Positions 55,270 through 64,000 of a stretch of DNA of 64,000 bases are shown here, piece by piece. A model generated the notes under the pieces. The model ran no database searches. It saw nothing but the letters and a program-made list of their open reading frames with translations, and was not told where the DNA came from. Each line of letters opens with the position of its first letter. Within the stretch, counting starts at the first letter, position 1. Source of the stretch: an uncultured Gammaproteobacteria bacterium (GTDB taxonomy: Bacteria; Patescibacteriota; Microgenomatia; Woykebacterales; RBG-16-39-9b); assembly GCA_964360785.1 (NCBI GenBank), contig CAYHXX010000001.1:412264-476263 (forward strand), in the 5' to 3' direction. A program made the translations under genes and the position numbers.

Positions 55270-56553
55270 TTACTTGTTCAAGAACCCTTCGTAGGAACGC
55301 ATTATTAACTGAGACTCAAGCTGTTTAGTTGTTTCCAAAACTACAGAAACTACAATCAAAAGCCCAGTTCCTCCGAAAGCTACAGCACTGATCTTTGTAA
55401 TTTCCTGCAACATAAACGGCATAATAGCGATCAGCCCTAGAAACACGGCTCCTACCAAAGTTATCCTGTTTGATATAAAGGCTAGGTAGTCACCCGTCGC
55501 TTTTCCAGGCCTAATTCCAGGTATGAAACCACCGTATTTCTTGATTTCGTCAGAGACCTTGGTTGGGTTGAACACAATCGACGTGTAAAAGTAAGTAAAG
55601 ACCACAACCATTGTGAAGTAAACCGCGCTGTACAGTGGTACGTTTTGAGAAAAAGTGGAACTCCATTCTCCAATTTGTTTCAGAATTTGGTTTTGGGCAC
55701 CAGAGAGCAATTGCCCAAGAATCCCTGGTAACAGAATCAACGAAACCGCAAAGATTATTGGGATAACTCCTGCTTGATTAACACGGATAGGAAGAAAGGT
55801 TGTCTGGCCACCATAAAGCTTATTACCACGTACTCTTTTGGCATATTGAACCAAAATTTTTCGCTGCCCTTCAGTTCCAACAACTACTCCCATGATAATA
55901 GCTATACCAACCACCAACAAAGCCGCAATTGTGAGAGCGTTGTCAGCAGTTACAATAGATCCTGCCTGCCCTAAATACACTGGCAGTCTTGAGACTATTC
56001 CAACGAAAATTATTACGGATATTCCATTTCCGATACCTTGTTCTGTGATCAACTCTCCCAACCACATCAATAGCATAGTTCCTGCTGTCATAGTTGCCAT
56101 CACTGCTAGTGTTTCAAGCAGATTGAGGTTACCAACAACACCAGTACCACCTTGCTTCAGAAAGATCAAAACTGCGTAAGATTGTACAAAAGCTAAGGGA
56201 ACAGTAATGTAGCGTGTAAATTGGTTTATCTTCTGCCTGCCGTATTCGCCTTCTTTTTGCAGCTCTTCAACTTTTGGGATGATTATTCCTAACAATTGCA
56301 TAATGATCGAAGCGTTGATATATGGATTTAGACCCAATGCGATTAAGGAGAAATTAAGCAAAGTACCACCAGTAAACAAATCAAGTAGTTGGAGAAGTTG
56401 GCTGGTTGAAAAAAGGTTTGCGAGTGCATCTGGATCTACACCGGGCATCGGGATATGGGAAAGTAATCGGTATACAAAAATTACTCCTAAAGTAAAAAGT
56501 ATTTTCTTTCGCAAATCAGGAGTTCGCAGTATATCCTGAAGTGTCTTAAACAT
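55270..56553 (-). CDS. secY: Protein translocase subunit SecY
   Basis: Ten TMs. 427 aa. In the conserved position in the spc operon. Confidence 0.9.
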   Translation of the reverse strand: MFKTLQDILRTPDLRKKILFTLGVIFVYRLLSHIPMPGVDPDALANLFSTSQLLQLLDLFTGGTLLNFSLIALGLNPYINASIIMQLLGIIIPKVEELQKEGEYGRQKINQFTRYITVPLAFVQSYAVLIFLKQGGTGVVGNLNLLETLAVMATMTAGTMLLMWLGELITEQGIGNGISVIIFVGIVSRLPVYLGQAGSIVTADNALTIAALLVVGIAIIMGVVVGTEGQRKILVQYAKRVRGNKLYGGQTTFLPIRVNQAGVIPIIFAVSLILLPGILGQLLSGAQNQILKQIGEWSSTFSQNVPLYSAVYFTMVVVFTYFYTSIVFNPTKVSDEIKKYGGFIPGIRPGKATGDYLAFISNRITLVGAVFLGLIAIMPFMLQEITKISAVAFGGTGLLIVVSVVLETTKQLESQLIMRSYEGFLNK

Positions 56554-57019
56554 TTTGTTCTTCTTTCTGTTTCTCTTTAACTACGCTACCTTTTGCTTTT
56601 TCAATTGCCTTCTGGGCTGATTCTGAAACTGCAACTTTGACGGTTAGAGCCTTTGTTAGCTCACCACCCCCGACTACCTTGACCTGAGCTGCTTTATCGG
56701 TTTTCTTTAGAAGACCTTTCTTTATCAGACTTTCTTTATCTACTGTTTCACCGTTATCAAACTTTTCAAGCATTGAAAGGGTAACTGTCAAAATATTCTT
56801 TGCCAAGTTGTTTCCAACACCCCGACGGAAAGGCAATCTCTTAATCAAGGGTAATTGCCCACCTTCAAAACCTATCCTTACTTTGCCACTACCGCGAGCT
56901 TTCTGGCCTTTGTTACCCTTTCCAGAGGTCTTACCTTTTCCAGAAGATTCCCCACGCCCAACTCTTTTGGCTTCTCTTAAATTTTTTGCTTTGGCTAGTT
57001 TACTCAATTGCATCTTCAA
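56546..57019 (-). CDS. rplO: 50S ribosomal protein L15
   Basis: KRVGRGESSGKGKTSGKGNKGQKARSG. Start overlaps the rpsE stop, leaving no room for an L30 gene. Confidence 0.85.
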   Translation of the reverse strand: MKMQLSKLAKAKNLREAKRVGRGESSGKGKTSGKGNKGQKARGSGKVRIGFEGGQLPLIKRLPFRRGVGNNLAKNILTVTLSMLEKFDNGETVDKESLIKKGLLKKTDKAAQVKVVGGGELTKALTVKVAVSESAQKAIEKAKGSVVKEKQKEEQNV

Positions 57020-57491
57020 CCTCTTTTTTATCTTTATTATTTTTTACCGGACGCAGTCTTCGAAAAGCTTCGATAGTTGCATAGACATTTGAAGCTTTGT
57101 TTGACGTTCCAAGTACTTTTGAGAGAATGTCATGAATTCCTGCAGCCTCAGTCACAGCTCGAACTGCTCCTCCAGCAATGACACCAGTTCCAGCTGACGC
57201 TGGTCGTAGCATTATTTTGGCTGCTCCAACCTTGACATTGATCGGGTGAGGGATAGTGGTACCTCTCATAGGTACTGTCACAAGGTGTTTCTTCGCATAA
57301 GTAACCGCTTTTCTGATAGAAGATTGGACTTCTGGAGACTTTCCAAGCCCAACTCCAACGCGACCTTTACGGTCCCCCACGACTACAAGAACCGAAAAAC
57401 CAATCTTGTTGCCACCTTTCGTCTTCTTTGAAACCCGACTTACCTGGACAATTTTTTCTTGAAATTCGTTATCGCTATAAGAGTTCATCAT
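57000..57491 (-). CDS. rpsE: 30S ribosomal protein S5
   Basis: VSRVSKKTKGGNKIGFSVLVVVGD. Confidence 0.9.
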   Translation of the reverse strand: MMNSYSDNEFQEKIVQVSRVSKKTKGGNKIGFSVLVVVGDRKGRVGVGLGKSPEVQSSIRKAVTYAKKHLVTVPMRGTTIPHPINVKVGAAKIMLRPASAGTGVIAGGAVRAVTEAAGIHDILSKVLGTSNKASNVYATIEAFRRLRPVKNNKDKKEVEDAIE

Positions 57492-57501
57492 AAATAGTTT
57501 A

Positions 57502-57843
57502 TTAGAATTCTAACCCTCCCTCACGAGCGCCCTCTGCTAATGCTCTTACCCGTCCATGATACAAGTAACCGGCGCGATCAAAAACAACTTTCTTAACCTT
57601 TTTCTTACTTGCCTCTAGTGCGAAGTTTTTTCCAACTTCTTTTGCTTTCTCTAGTTTTGTTATTTTCTTAGTCGCGGTCTTGTCTGAGACAGAAAACAGA
57701 ATTTTACCGTTTTTTTCATCGACCAAGCTTGCATAGATATGTTTGCTTGAACGAAAAACTGTCAATCTAGGTAGATTGCTAAATCTGGTTCTTTCAACTA
57801 TTTTTTTGTGTCTGCGGCTGCGCCGTTCTTGTGCCTTATTCAT
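57502..57843 (-). CDS. rplR: 50S ribosomal protein L18 (start taken at the internal ATG; the track ORF runs to 57900 and would overlap rplF by 53 nt)
   Basis: MNKAQERRSRRHKKIVERT... matches the L18 N-terminus. Confidence 0.8.
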   Translation of the reverse strand: MNKAQERRSRRHKKIVERTRFSNLPRLTVFRSSKHIYASLVDEKNGKILFSVSDKTATKKITKLEKAKEVGKNFALEASKKKVKKVVFDRAGYLYHGRVRALAEGAREGGLEF

Positions 57844-57847
57844 AAGT

Positions 57848-58405
57848 TTAAGCTCCCGCTGCCTTCCCAGCTTTACCAGCCTTGCGGCGAATAACTTCAC
57901 CTTCGTATTTGATACCCTTACCTTTGTAAGGTTCTGCTGGCCTTACTTTTCTAATCTTGCTTGCAATCTCCCCAACCAAGGCTTTGTCAAACCCAGAAAC
58001 TGTTATCTTGTTTTCAGTTACTTTAAAACTAATTCCTTCTGGAGCTTCAATCTCAACTTGGTGAGAAAAACCCACATTCAGAGTCAACTTGTTACCTTGA
58101 ACTTGGGATCGGAATCCAACACCGGAGAGCTCGAGTGTTTTCTCATACCCTTTGGTAACACCTTCGATCATGTTGGCGATCAACGTTCTGGTCAGTCCGT
58201 GCATTGCTTTAGAACGATCAGTGTCATCCCTGCGTTGTACTTTGATTTCCTGCCCATCAATAGACAGACTAACCTCAGGTGGGAATCTAAAATTCAGAGT
58301 ACCTTTCGGTCCAGTCACGCTGATGCTACTACGTTCTTCTTTGATCTGAACTTGATTGTCGTATTTAACTGGTAACTTTCCAATTTTGCTCATATTGATT
58401 ACCAA
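57848..58405 (-). CDS. rplF: 50S ribosomal protein L6
   Basis: Two L6 alpha/beta repeats; SKIGKLPVKYDNQVQIKEE N-terminus. Confidence 0.85.
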   Translation of the reverse strand: MVINMSKIGKLPVKYDNQVQIKEERSSISVTGPKGTLNFRFPPEVSLSIDGQEIKVQRRDDTDRSKAMHGLTRTLIANMIEGVTKGYEKTLELSGVGFRSQVQGNKLTLNVGFSHQVEIEAPEGISFKVTENKITVSGFDKALVGEIASKIRKVRPAEPYKGKGIKYEGEVIRRKAGKAGKAAGA

Positions 58406-58785
58406 ACCTCACAAAGAATTTCGCCTCCTACTTGATTCTTTCTAGCTTCCCTATCTGACAACAAACCTTTATTAGTAGAGATTATCGCTACACCCAAACC
58501 ACCATAAACATAAGGAATCTTGTCTTTATTCTTATAAACTCTTAGTCCTGGTTTGGAGACTCTTTTTATTCCTTCGACCTCTGGTTTACCATTCTCGTAG
58601 CGAAGTTTCATTGCTAGATATTTTTTATTTTCGACAACTTCTTCTTTAATATCTTCCAAATAACCTAGTTTCTTGAGCTTGTCGCCTAGGTTCTTCTTTA
58701 ATTTTGAAAACGGAACTTTTACCTCAGTTTTTGAGGCTTTGTAACCATTGCGAATAATTGTTAGCATGTCTGCGATAGAATCCAT
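58399..58785 (-). CDS. rpsH: 30S ribosomal protein S8
   Basis: DSIADMLTIIRNG...GGEILCEVW. Confidence 0.9.
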   Translation of the reverse strand: MDSIADMLTIIRNGYKASKTEVKVPFSKLKKNLGDKLKKLGYLEDIKEEVVENKKYLAMKLRYENGKPEVEGIKRVSKPGLRVYKNKDKIPYVYGGLGVAIISTNKGLLSDREARKNQVGGEILCEVW

Positions 58786-58795
58786 AGATTTTCCT

Positions 58796-58981
58796 TTACC
58801 AACTGGCTTTTACTACACCAGGTAATTCTCCTTTATGGGCAAGTTGTCTAAAACATATTCTGCAGGTTTTAAATTTGCGAATATACGCTCTCGAACGGCC
58901 ACAGATGTTGCAGCGGTTCTTTGCTCGAACTGGATATTTTGGTACTTTTTTTGATTTCACTACCATTGCTAGTCTAGCCAT
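58796..58981 (-). CDS. rpsZ: 30S ribosomal protein S14 type Z (zinc-binding)
   Basis: 61 aa with [10 protein letters not shown]...CRICFRQ. Confidence 0.85.
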   Translation of the reverse strand: MARLAMVVKSKKVPKYPVRAKNRCNICGRSRAYIRKFKTCRICFRQLAHKGELPGVVKASW

Positions 58982-59538
58982 TAGTTGTTAACCTTTCTGA
59001 AAGGTATTCCGATACCTTCCAACAAAACCTTTCCTTGTTCGTTGTCTTTTGCTGTTGTAGTGATAGTCACTTCTACCCCGGAACCTCTATCCCCTTTGGT
59101 GTACTCAATCTCAGGAAAAACAGTTACTTCTCGAAACCCAAGTGAGTAGTTGCCTCTACCATCAAAGGAAGTCTCAGAGACCCCACGAAAATCTCGAACC
59201 CGGGGAAGAACAACTGCGGTTAGCTTGTCGAGGAAAGCAAACATTTTCTTACCGCGCAAAGTCACCTGAGCTCCGATAATCTGTCCTTGTCTAATCTTAA
59301 AAGAAGCAATAGCTTTCTTTGCCTTTCGGGTTGCTGGTTTCTGCCCACTGATTAGGTTCAGATCATGAATAATAGCGTCTCGGCTTTTTTCATCGCTGGA
59401 TACTTTTCCAAAACCAACATTGAGCACCACTTTTTCAAGTTTTGGTATTGCCATAGAATTCTTAATTTCGAATTCTTTCTTAAGAGAGTCTTTTACTTTT
59501 TGTTCGTACTTCTCTTGTACTTTCATAGTATTAATCAA
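58981..59538 (-). CDS. rplE: 50S ribosomal protein L5
   Basis: [16 protein letters not shown]. Confidence 0.9.
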   Translation of the reverse strand: MINTMKVQEKYEQKVKDSLKKEFEIKNSMAIPKLEKVVLNVGFGKVSSDEKSRDAIIHDLNLISGQKPATRKAKKAIASFKIRQGQIIGAQVTLRGKKMFAFLDKLTAVVLPRVRDFRGVSETSFDGRGNYSLGFREVTVFPEIEYTKGDRGSGVEVTITTTAKDNEQGKVLLEGIGIPFRKVNN

Positions 59539-59839
59539 TTATTTGTTCACACTTTTTACAAACTCTATTTTTCTTGTCACCTTTTTGCACGTAACCAATT
59601 CTGGTTGCAAGTTTACACTTTGGGCATACTAAAGATACATTGGCGACACTTATTGGTCTGACGATATCGATAATCCCGGCTTGCTTTACCTTACCGCTAC
59701 CTTTTGAATTCCGCTTGTACATATTTATCCCGGCAACTGCTACCTTACTGATAGTAGGTAATACTTTATCAACCTTTCCTTTTTTTCCTTTATCTTTCCC
59801 AGCGGTTACCAAGATTTCATCCCCAATTCGAAGTTTCAT
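59531..59839 (-). CDS. rplX: 50S ribosomal protein L24 (KOW domain) with a C-terminal Cys4 zinc-ribbon-like tail
   Basis: MKLRIGDEILVTAGKDKGKKGKV...; CPKCK...CKKCEQ at the C-terminus. Confidence 0.85.
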   Translation of the reverse strand: MKLRIGDEILVTAGKDKGKKGKVDKVLPTISKVAVAGINMYKRNSKGSGKVKQAGIIDIVRPISVANVSLVCPKCKLATRIGYVQKGDKKNRVCKKCEQIID

Positions 59840-60208
59840 CTAGATTACCTCCGGTGCTAAAGATACAATCTTTAAAAAGCCTTTTTCGCGAATTTCCCTT
59901 GCTATTGGACCAAAAATACGAGTTCCTTTTGGGTTGCCTGCATTGTCGATCACTACAGCCGCATTTTCATCAAAACGAACATACGAACCGTCAACACGAC
60001 GGTTTTCCTTTTTTGTACGTACCAAAACAGCTCTGACAATCTCAGCATCCTTAACAGTCCCGTTTGGGTCAGCTTTTTTGACTACGCAGGTTACAACATC
60101 TCCCAAACTAGCAAATCTCTGACGAGACCTTCCAGGTTGCCCAATCATCATTAACTTTTTAGCGCCGCTGTTGTCTGCCACGGCAATCATTGATCGGTGT
60201 TGTATCAT
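59840..60208 (-). CDS. rplN: 50S ribosomal protein L14
   Basis: [23 protein letters not shown]. Confidence 0.9.
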   Translation of the reverse strand: MIQHRSMIAVADNSGAKKLMMIGQPGRSRQRFASLGDVVTCVVKKADPNGTVKDAEIVRAVLVRTKKENRRVDGSYVRFDENAAVVIDNAGNPKGTRIFGPIAREIREKGFLKIVSLAPEVI

Positions 60209-60453
60209 TTTGTTTTTGCCTTTTCCTCTTTGTTAAGCACTCTTACAACTTTGAATTTCTTTGTTTTTGAATAAGGCCTTGTTTCGACTATTTCGACTGT
60301 TTCTCCTTCTTTTATTGGTTGTTCTGAGTGAACAGCAAAACGGCTAGTTCTCTTTAATCTTTTCTTGTACATCGGATGCACTACAAGCCTTTCAACTTCG
60401 ACAAGAATAGTGTTATTCATTTTTGTGCTGACAACTTTACCCTGCATTAGCAA
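60205..60453 (-). CDS. rpsQ: 30S ribosomal protein S17
   Basis: [27 protein letters not shown]. Confidence 0.9.
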   Translation of the reverse strand: MLMQGKVVSTKMNNTILVEVERLVVHPMYKKRLKRTSRFAVHSEQPIKEGETVEIVETRPYSKTKKFKVVRVLNKEEKAKTK

Positions 60454-60649
60454 CTAACCGCCTTTCATTAATTTTTGTTTTTATCAAAGCAATTTCTTTT
60501 TTCTTAAAATAAATACTTTTTACATTCTTTAATTTTCGCAATTTGTTTTCGACTCTCAAATCTAGCAAAGCTCGTTCGCTTTCTGAAAGAGTCTTCTTAA
60601 GCTCTTCCATATTTGTGATGTCTTTTATATGTTTTGTTTCTTTTTTCAT
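60437..60649 (-). CDS. rpmC: 50S ribosomal protein L29
   Basis: ELKKTLSESERALLDLRVENKLRKL. Confidence 0.85.
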   Translation of the reverse strand: MKKETKHIKDITNMEELKKTLSESERALLDLRVENKLRKLKNVKSIYFKKKEIALIKTKINERRLVANAG

Positions 60650-60713
60650 AAATTCTTATTTATATCGAGCGTCTACTAATTTCATAATTCATTAACTACA
60701 TTTCAGCTCGTTA

Positions 60714-61127
60714 TTATGTTTCTCCTCGATAAACTGTTCGGACTTCCAAAGGAATCTTTCTACCGGCTAGTCTCATGGCTTCGCTTGCAACTTCTCTACT
60801 GACCCCTCCCATCTCAAATAGGATCGTTCCCGGTTTGACTACGGCAACATACCCCTCGACGTTTCCCTTACCAGAACCCATACGAGTTTCCGGTGGTTTT
60901 TTTGTCACCGGCTTATCTGGAAAGATTCTGATCCAAATACGACCACCTCTTTTTGTGTGATGGGTCATGGCTCGTCGTGCAGCTTCAATCTGTCGAGCTG
61001 TGATCCAACCAGCCTCCATAACTTTTAAAGCGTAGTCTCCAAACTCGATGTTTGCTCCACGTGTTGCAACACCAGCTATGCTGCCACGAAACTGTCTTCG
61101 GAATTTAACTCGCTTTGGTTGCAACAT
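60714..61127 (-). CDS. rplP: 50S ribosomal protein L16
   Basis: [15 protein letters not shown]. Confidence 0.9.
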   Translation of the reverse strand: MLQPKRVKFRRQFRGSIAGVATRGANIEFGDYALKVMEAGWITARQIEAARRAMTHHTKRGGRIWIRIFPDKPVTKKPPETRMGSGKGNVEGYVAVVKPGTILFEMGGVSREVASEAMRLAGRKIPLEVRTVYRGET

Positions 61128-61168
61128 AAGTATTCTTATGCGGATCGCGAAGCGACCGACATAGTCCT

Positions 61169-61816
61169 TTATTTCCCCTCTTCTTTTACTTCTGGTTTAT
61201 AAATCCAAACTTTCACACCAGTCACTCCAGCAGTCAAAGTCTTGGCTGGTACAGCTGCATAATCAATGTCTGCTCTGAGAGTATGAAGCGGAATTGAGCC
61301 GATTGATCTTTTTTCGTAGCGTGCAATTTCTGCTCCATTCAGTCGTCCCGAAACAATAATCTTGACTCCGCGGGCACTTGAGCGCATGACTCGATCACAA
61401 GATTGGACCAAAAGTCTTTTGACTGGCATTCGTCTTTCTATCTGATCCGCAATATTCTGGGCTACCAAATGAGCGTCCAAGTCCGGTCTCTTAATCTCTT
61501 CGACATTGATCGTAATTTTCTGATTAGTTAATTTTTCTATTTCTTTCTTCAACTCTTCAATCCCAGCGCCAGAGCGACCAATAACCATTCCTGGACGAGA
61601 AACTAATACATTTACTGTAATCTTATTAATCGAACGTTCAATAATCACTTTGCTGATACCAGATTGTTTTAGCTTCTTCATGACAAAGTTCCGAATCTTG
61701 ATATCCTCTGCCAAAAGCTCACCATAACGGTTCTTGGTTGCAAACCATTTTGAAGTCCAGTTTTTATTGATTGGTAATCTAAATGCAATTGGATTTACTT
61801 TTTGTCCCATTTTCAA
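61169..61816 (-). CDS. rpsC: 30S ribosomal protein S3
   Basis: [14 protein letters not shown] domain, C-terminal domain. Confidence 0.9.
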   Translation of the reverse strand: MKMGQKVNPIAFRLPINKNWTSKWFATKNRYGELLAEDIKIRNFVMKKLKQSGISKVIIERSINKITVNVLVSRPGMVIGRSGAGIEELKKEIEKLTNQKITINVEEIKRPDLDAHLVAQNIADQIERRMPVKRLLVQSCDRVMRSSARGVKIIVSGRLNGAEIARYEKRSIGSIPLHTLRADIDYAAVPAKTLTAGVTGVKVWIYKPEVKEEGK

Positions 61817-61855
61817 CCAACCCTTTCTATAATTAGAAAATATGTCTTCATAATT

Positions 61856-62194
61856 TTAGTTAGCCTCTTCCAAAACAACCTTAATATGAGTACTCTGTTT
61901 AAGAATTGGATGCGCCATACCACGACTTCTTGGTCTAGATCTCTTTAAAACTTGCCCTTCGTTTACCACAATTTCTTTGATAATCAACTTCTTCTCGCTT
62001 AACTTATTGTTGTTTGTGGCGTTGGCAATGGCTGATCTTAGAACCTTTGAGATCAAAAGTCCGGCTTTCTTTGGTTGAAATCTCAAAGATTCTACTGTAT
62101 TAACAGCATTTTTGCCGACCAAAGTACTTGCTACCAAACGAGCCTTTCGTGTTGAAATTCTTAAATTTTTTCCTTCAGCAAAGACGTTGTTCAT
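61856..62194 (-). CDS. rplV: 50S ribosomal protein L22
   Basis: ISTRKARLVASTLVGKNAVNTVESLRFQPKKA. Confidence 0.9.
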   Translation of the reverse strand: MNNVFAEGKNLRISTRKARLVASTLVGKNAVNTVESLRFQPKKAGLLISKVLRSAIANATNNNKLSEKKLIIKEIVVNEGQVLKRSRPRSRGMAHPILKQSTHIKVVLEEAN

Positions 62195-62195
62195 A

Positions 62196-62480
62196 TTAGG
62201 TTGGTGTCACGGTTCTATCTGTAACTCGTCCATGAGATCTAAAAGTTCGGGTTGGAGAGAACTCGCCCAAACGGTGTCCTACCATTGGTTCAGTTACAAA
62301 CACATCAATAAATTTCTTACCATTGTGGACAGATAAGGTCAACCCCACCATTTCAGGTGAAATTTGGGAACCACGAGCCCAGGTCTTGATACCAGTACGA
62401 GTACCTTGATTCTTAGCTTCTAATACTTTTTTCATTAATTTTTCGTCAACGTATGGTCCTTTTTTCAGTGAACGGCTCAT
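62196..62480 (-). CDS. rpsS: 30S ribosomal protein S19
   Basis: [19 protein letters not shown]. Confidence 0.9.
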   Translation of the reverse strand: MSRSLKKGPYVDEKLMKKVLEAKNQGTRTGIKTWARGSQISPEMVGLTLSVHNGKKFIDVFVTEPMVGHRLGEFSPTRTFRSHGRVTDRTVTPT

Positions 62481-62508
62481 AAATTCCTATCTATACGTCC
62501 CCGTATTA

Positions 62509-63330
62509 TTATTTTTTCCTCCGGCTAATAATCAATTTATCGCTTTGCTTTGGTTTCCTAGTTTTTCCAACGGCTTTCTTTCCCCAAGGTGTCTTTGGCG
62601 AGCTCATTCCGATACCAGACCTACCTTCTCCTCCACCATGTGGGTGACTACTTGGATTCTGGGCTACGCCACGAACAGTCGGGCGAATGCCCATATGCCT
62701 ACTTCGACCAGCTTTCCCAAGATTGATATTCTTGCGGTCAATATTTCCCAAACTTCCAAAAGTTGCCATGCACTCAAGTTTTACCTTTCTAACTTCAGTC
62801 GAAGGTAAACGCAAATGTGCCCAACCACTTTCTTTGGCCATCAAAGTCGCAGAACCGCCAGCCGAACGCACTATTGCTCCGCCGGCTCCAGCATCTAGCT
62901 CAATATTGTGGACAACACTACCCACCGGAATATTTTTCAACGGCATACTGTTTCCTAGCTTAACCTCTACCTTCTCCCCAGAAACCACTTCATCACCAAT
63001 TTCCAGCCCCAACGGAGCCAGAATATAACGCTTTTCACCATCTATATAGTTTATTTGGGCAATCAAACTTGTGCGGTTTGGGTCGTATTCAATACTTACC
63101 ACTTTTCCTGAAATATCAAACTTATTTCTCTTGAAATCAATACTTCGGAAGAATCTCTTGTGACGACCACCGATATGGCGAACACTCACTTGACCGGACG
63201 AGTCTCTACCGCCTGTTTTTGGCAATATTGTTGACAAACCCTTCAAAGGCCTCTTCTTACTTATCTTTTCACTTGTTGTGGTCATAAACCTTCGGCTAGG
63301 AGTTGACCCACCCAACTTCTTTATTGCCAT
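62509..63330 (-). CDS. rplB: 50S ribosomal protein L2
   Basis: [25 protein letters not shown]. Confidence 0.9.
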   Translation of the reverse strand: MAIKKLGGSTPSRRFMTTTSEKISKKRPLKGLSTILPKTGGRDSSGQVSVRHIGGRHKRFFRSIDFKRNKFDISGKVVSIEYDPNRTSLIAQINYIDGEKRYILAPLGLEIGDEVVSGEKVEVKLGNSMPLKNIPVGSVVHNIELDAGAGGAIVRSAGGSATLMAKESGWAHLRLPSTEVRKVKLECMATFGSLGNIDRKNINLGKAGRSRHMGIRPTVRGVAQNPSSHPHGGGEGRSGIGMSSPKTPWGKKAVGKTRKPKQSDKLIISRRKK

Positions 63331-63331
63331 A

Positions 63332-63628
63332 TTAGCTTTTTACCTCAAATATATCGATTTTTTGTTCTTTACCGACTCTTACCATCGCCTTCTTAATAGC
63401 TGGTTGAATTGCTCTTTGTCTAGTACGCAGCACTCTTTTGCTGCGGTTTTTGAGAATACTAGTTTTTACTCTCAAAACATCGACTTTGAAAAGTTCTTTA
63501 ACAGCATGAGCGATTTCAATCTTGTTGGCTGTCTTGGCGACCTCAAAAGTGTATTCTCCCGAAGCAGCATCGTGCAAAGATTTCTCTGTTAATATTGGTC
63601 TTCTAATTATTTTTGACGCCTGTATCAT
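63332..63628 (-). CDS. rplW: 50S ribosomal protein L23
   Basis: [45 protein letters not shown]. Confidence 0.9.
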   Translation of the reverse strand: MIQASKIIRRPILTEKSLHDAASGEYTFEVAKTANKIEIAHAVKELFKVDVLRVKTSILKNRSKRVLRTRQRAIQPAIKKAMVRVGKEQKIDIFEVKS

Positions 63629-63629
63629 A

Positions 63630-64000
63630 CTATTTCCTCCCTACAAAAAGCTCTTCCATTTTTTTAACTGCTTCTTTTGTCAATAATAGTTTTTTATTAT
63701 CCAAAACTTGATACGTATTTAAGTTGTTAACAGTCGCAACTTTTGTATCTTCGATATTTCTGAATGCTAGTTTCTGGTTGTCTTTTAATTCCGAAGTAAC
63801 CACTAACACCTTCCCTTTTAGTTCCAACTTTTTCAAAATTCCAAAAGCCTCTTTTGTTTTGGCACCCTTCAACTCTAAGTCTTTGATAATTACTAGGCTC
63901 TTGTCACCAAACTTCACTGAGAGCGCCGAGAGCAGTGCTTTTTGTTTCATCTTTTTTGGCATCTCAAGTGAATAATCTTTTGGTTTTGGTCCAAAAGAAA
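63630..64000 (-). CDS. rplD: 50S ribosomal protein L4, partial (N-terminus beyond the window end)
   Basis: The frame stays open upstream of the track ATG (...SFGPKPKDYSLEMPKKMKQKALLSAL...). C-terminal half matches L4. Confidence 0.8.
   Translation of the reverse strand, partial: SFGPKPKDYSLEMPKKMKQKALLSALSVKFGDKSLVIIKDLELKGAKTKEAFGILKKLELKGKVLVVTSELKDNQKLAFRNIEDTKVATVNNLNTYQVLDNKKLLLTKEAVKKMEELFVGRK

Noticed and set aside
57743-58375. 210-aa plus ORF
   Set aside because: It is antisense across the rplR and rplF ribosomal protein genes.
1-64000. CRISPR arrays, IS elements, integrases, prophage genes
   Set aside because: No spaced direct-repeat arrays, transposase (DDE), integrase or phage structural motifs were seen in any intergenic or coding region. 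Mobility is suggested only by compositional islands and the tRNA-adjacent mosaic.

Overview
Low-GC bacterial chromosomal segment (by eye in the high-30s % GC), about 90% coding, most genes on the minus strand. Several features are consistent with a Candidate Phyla Radiation/Patescibacteria-type genome: an S10-spc-alpha ribosomal cluster (49.6-64 kb) in which rpsE overlaps rplO, so there is no L30 gene; a DUF5679-type zinc-ribbon microprotein; many small membrane proteins; short aaRS/adk forms. Content in order: partial ABC ATPase and two tandem paralogous sensor kinases; gltX; aspS; an ogt-like/recJ/Nudix/deoxyribosyltransferase-like operon; MsbA-like ABC exporter; an ImmA/IrrE-like peptidase divergent from a small Cys-rich ORF; a DUF2207 protein; secD and secF separated by two inserted genes; an HTH-nucleotidyltransferase; DUF3048; DedA; comM; RNase P RNA (missed by the ORF track, with its own consensus promoter and terminator); CaCA and AI-2E transporters; miaA; recA-recX-rny-ymdB-hup; vapBC next to tRNA-Pro(GGG); then a mosaic accessory stretch (qor/hxlR, two DUF1801 genes, a SET-domain protein, Nudix, ECF sigma/anti-sigma with a His-rich secreted protein); pyk-ppsA; a high-GC 3D-domain protein. 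The most anomalous element is a ~0.55 kb very GC-rich island (30.59-31.11 kb) holding one small ORF with ~90% GC at codon third positions. It is framed by a perfect consensus sigma70 promoter, a structured leader, a long GC palindrome and an intrinsic terminator, and sits beside a sigma-region-4-only protein and a Cas4-like FeS nuclease. No CRISPR array, transposase or integrase was seen.
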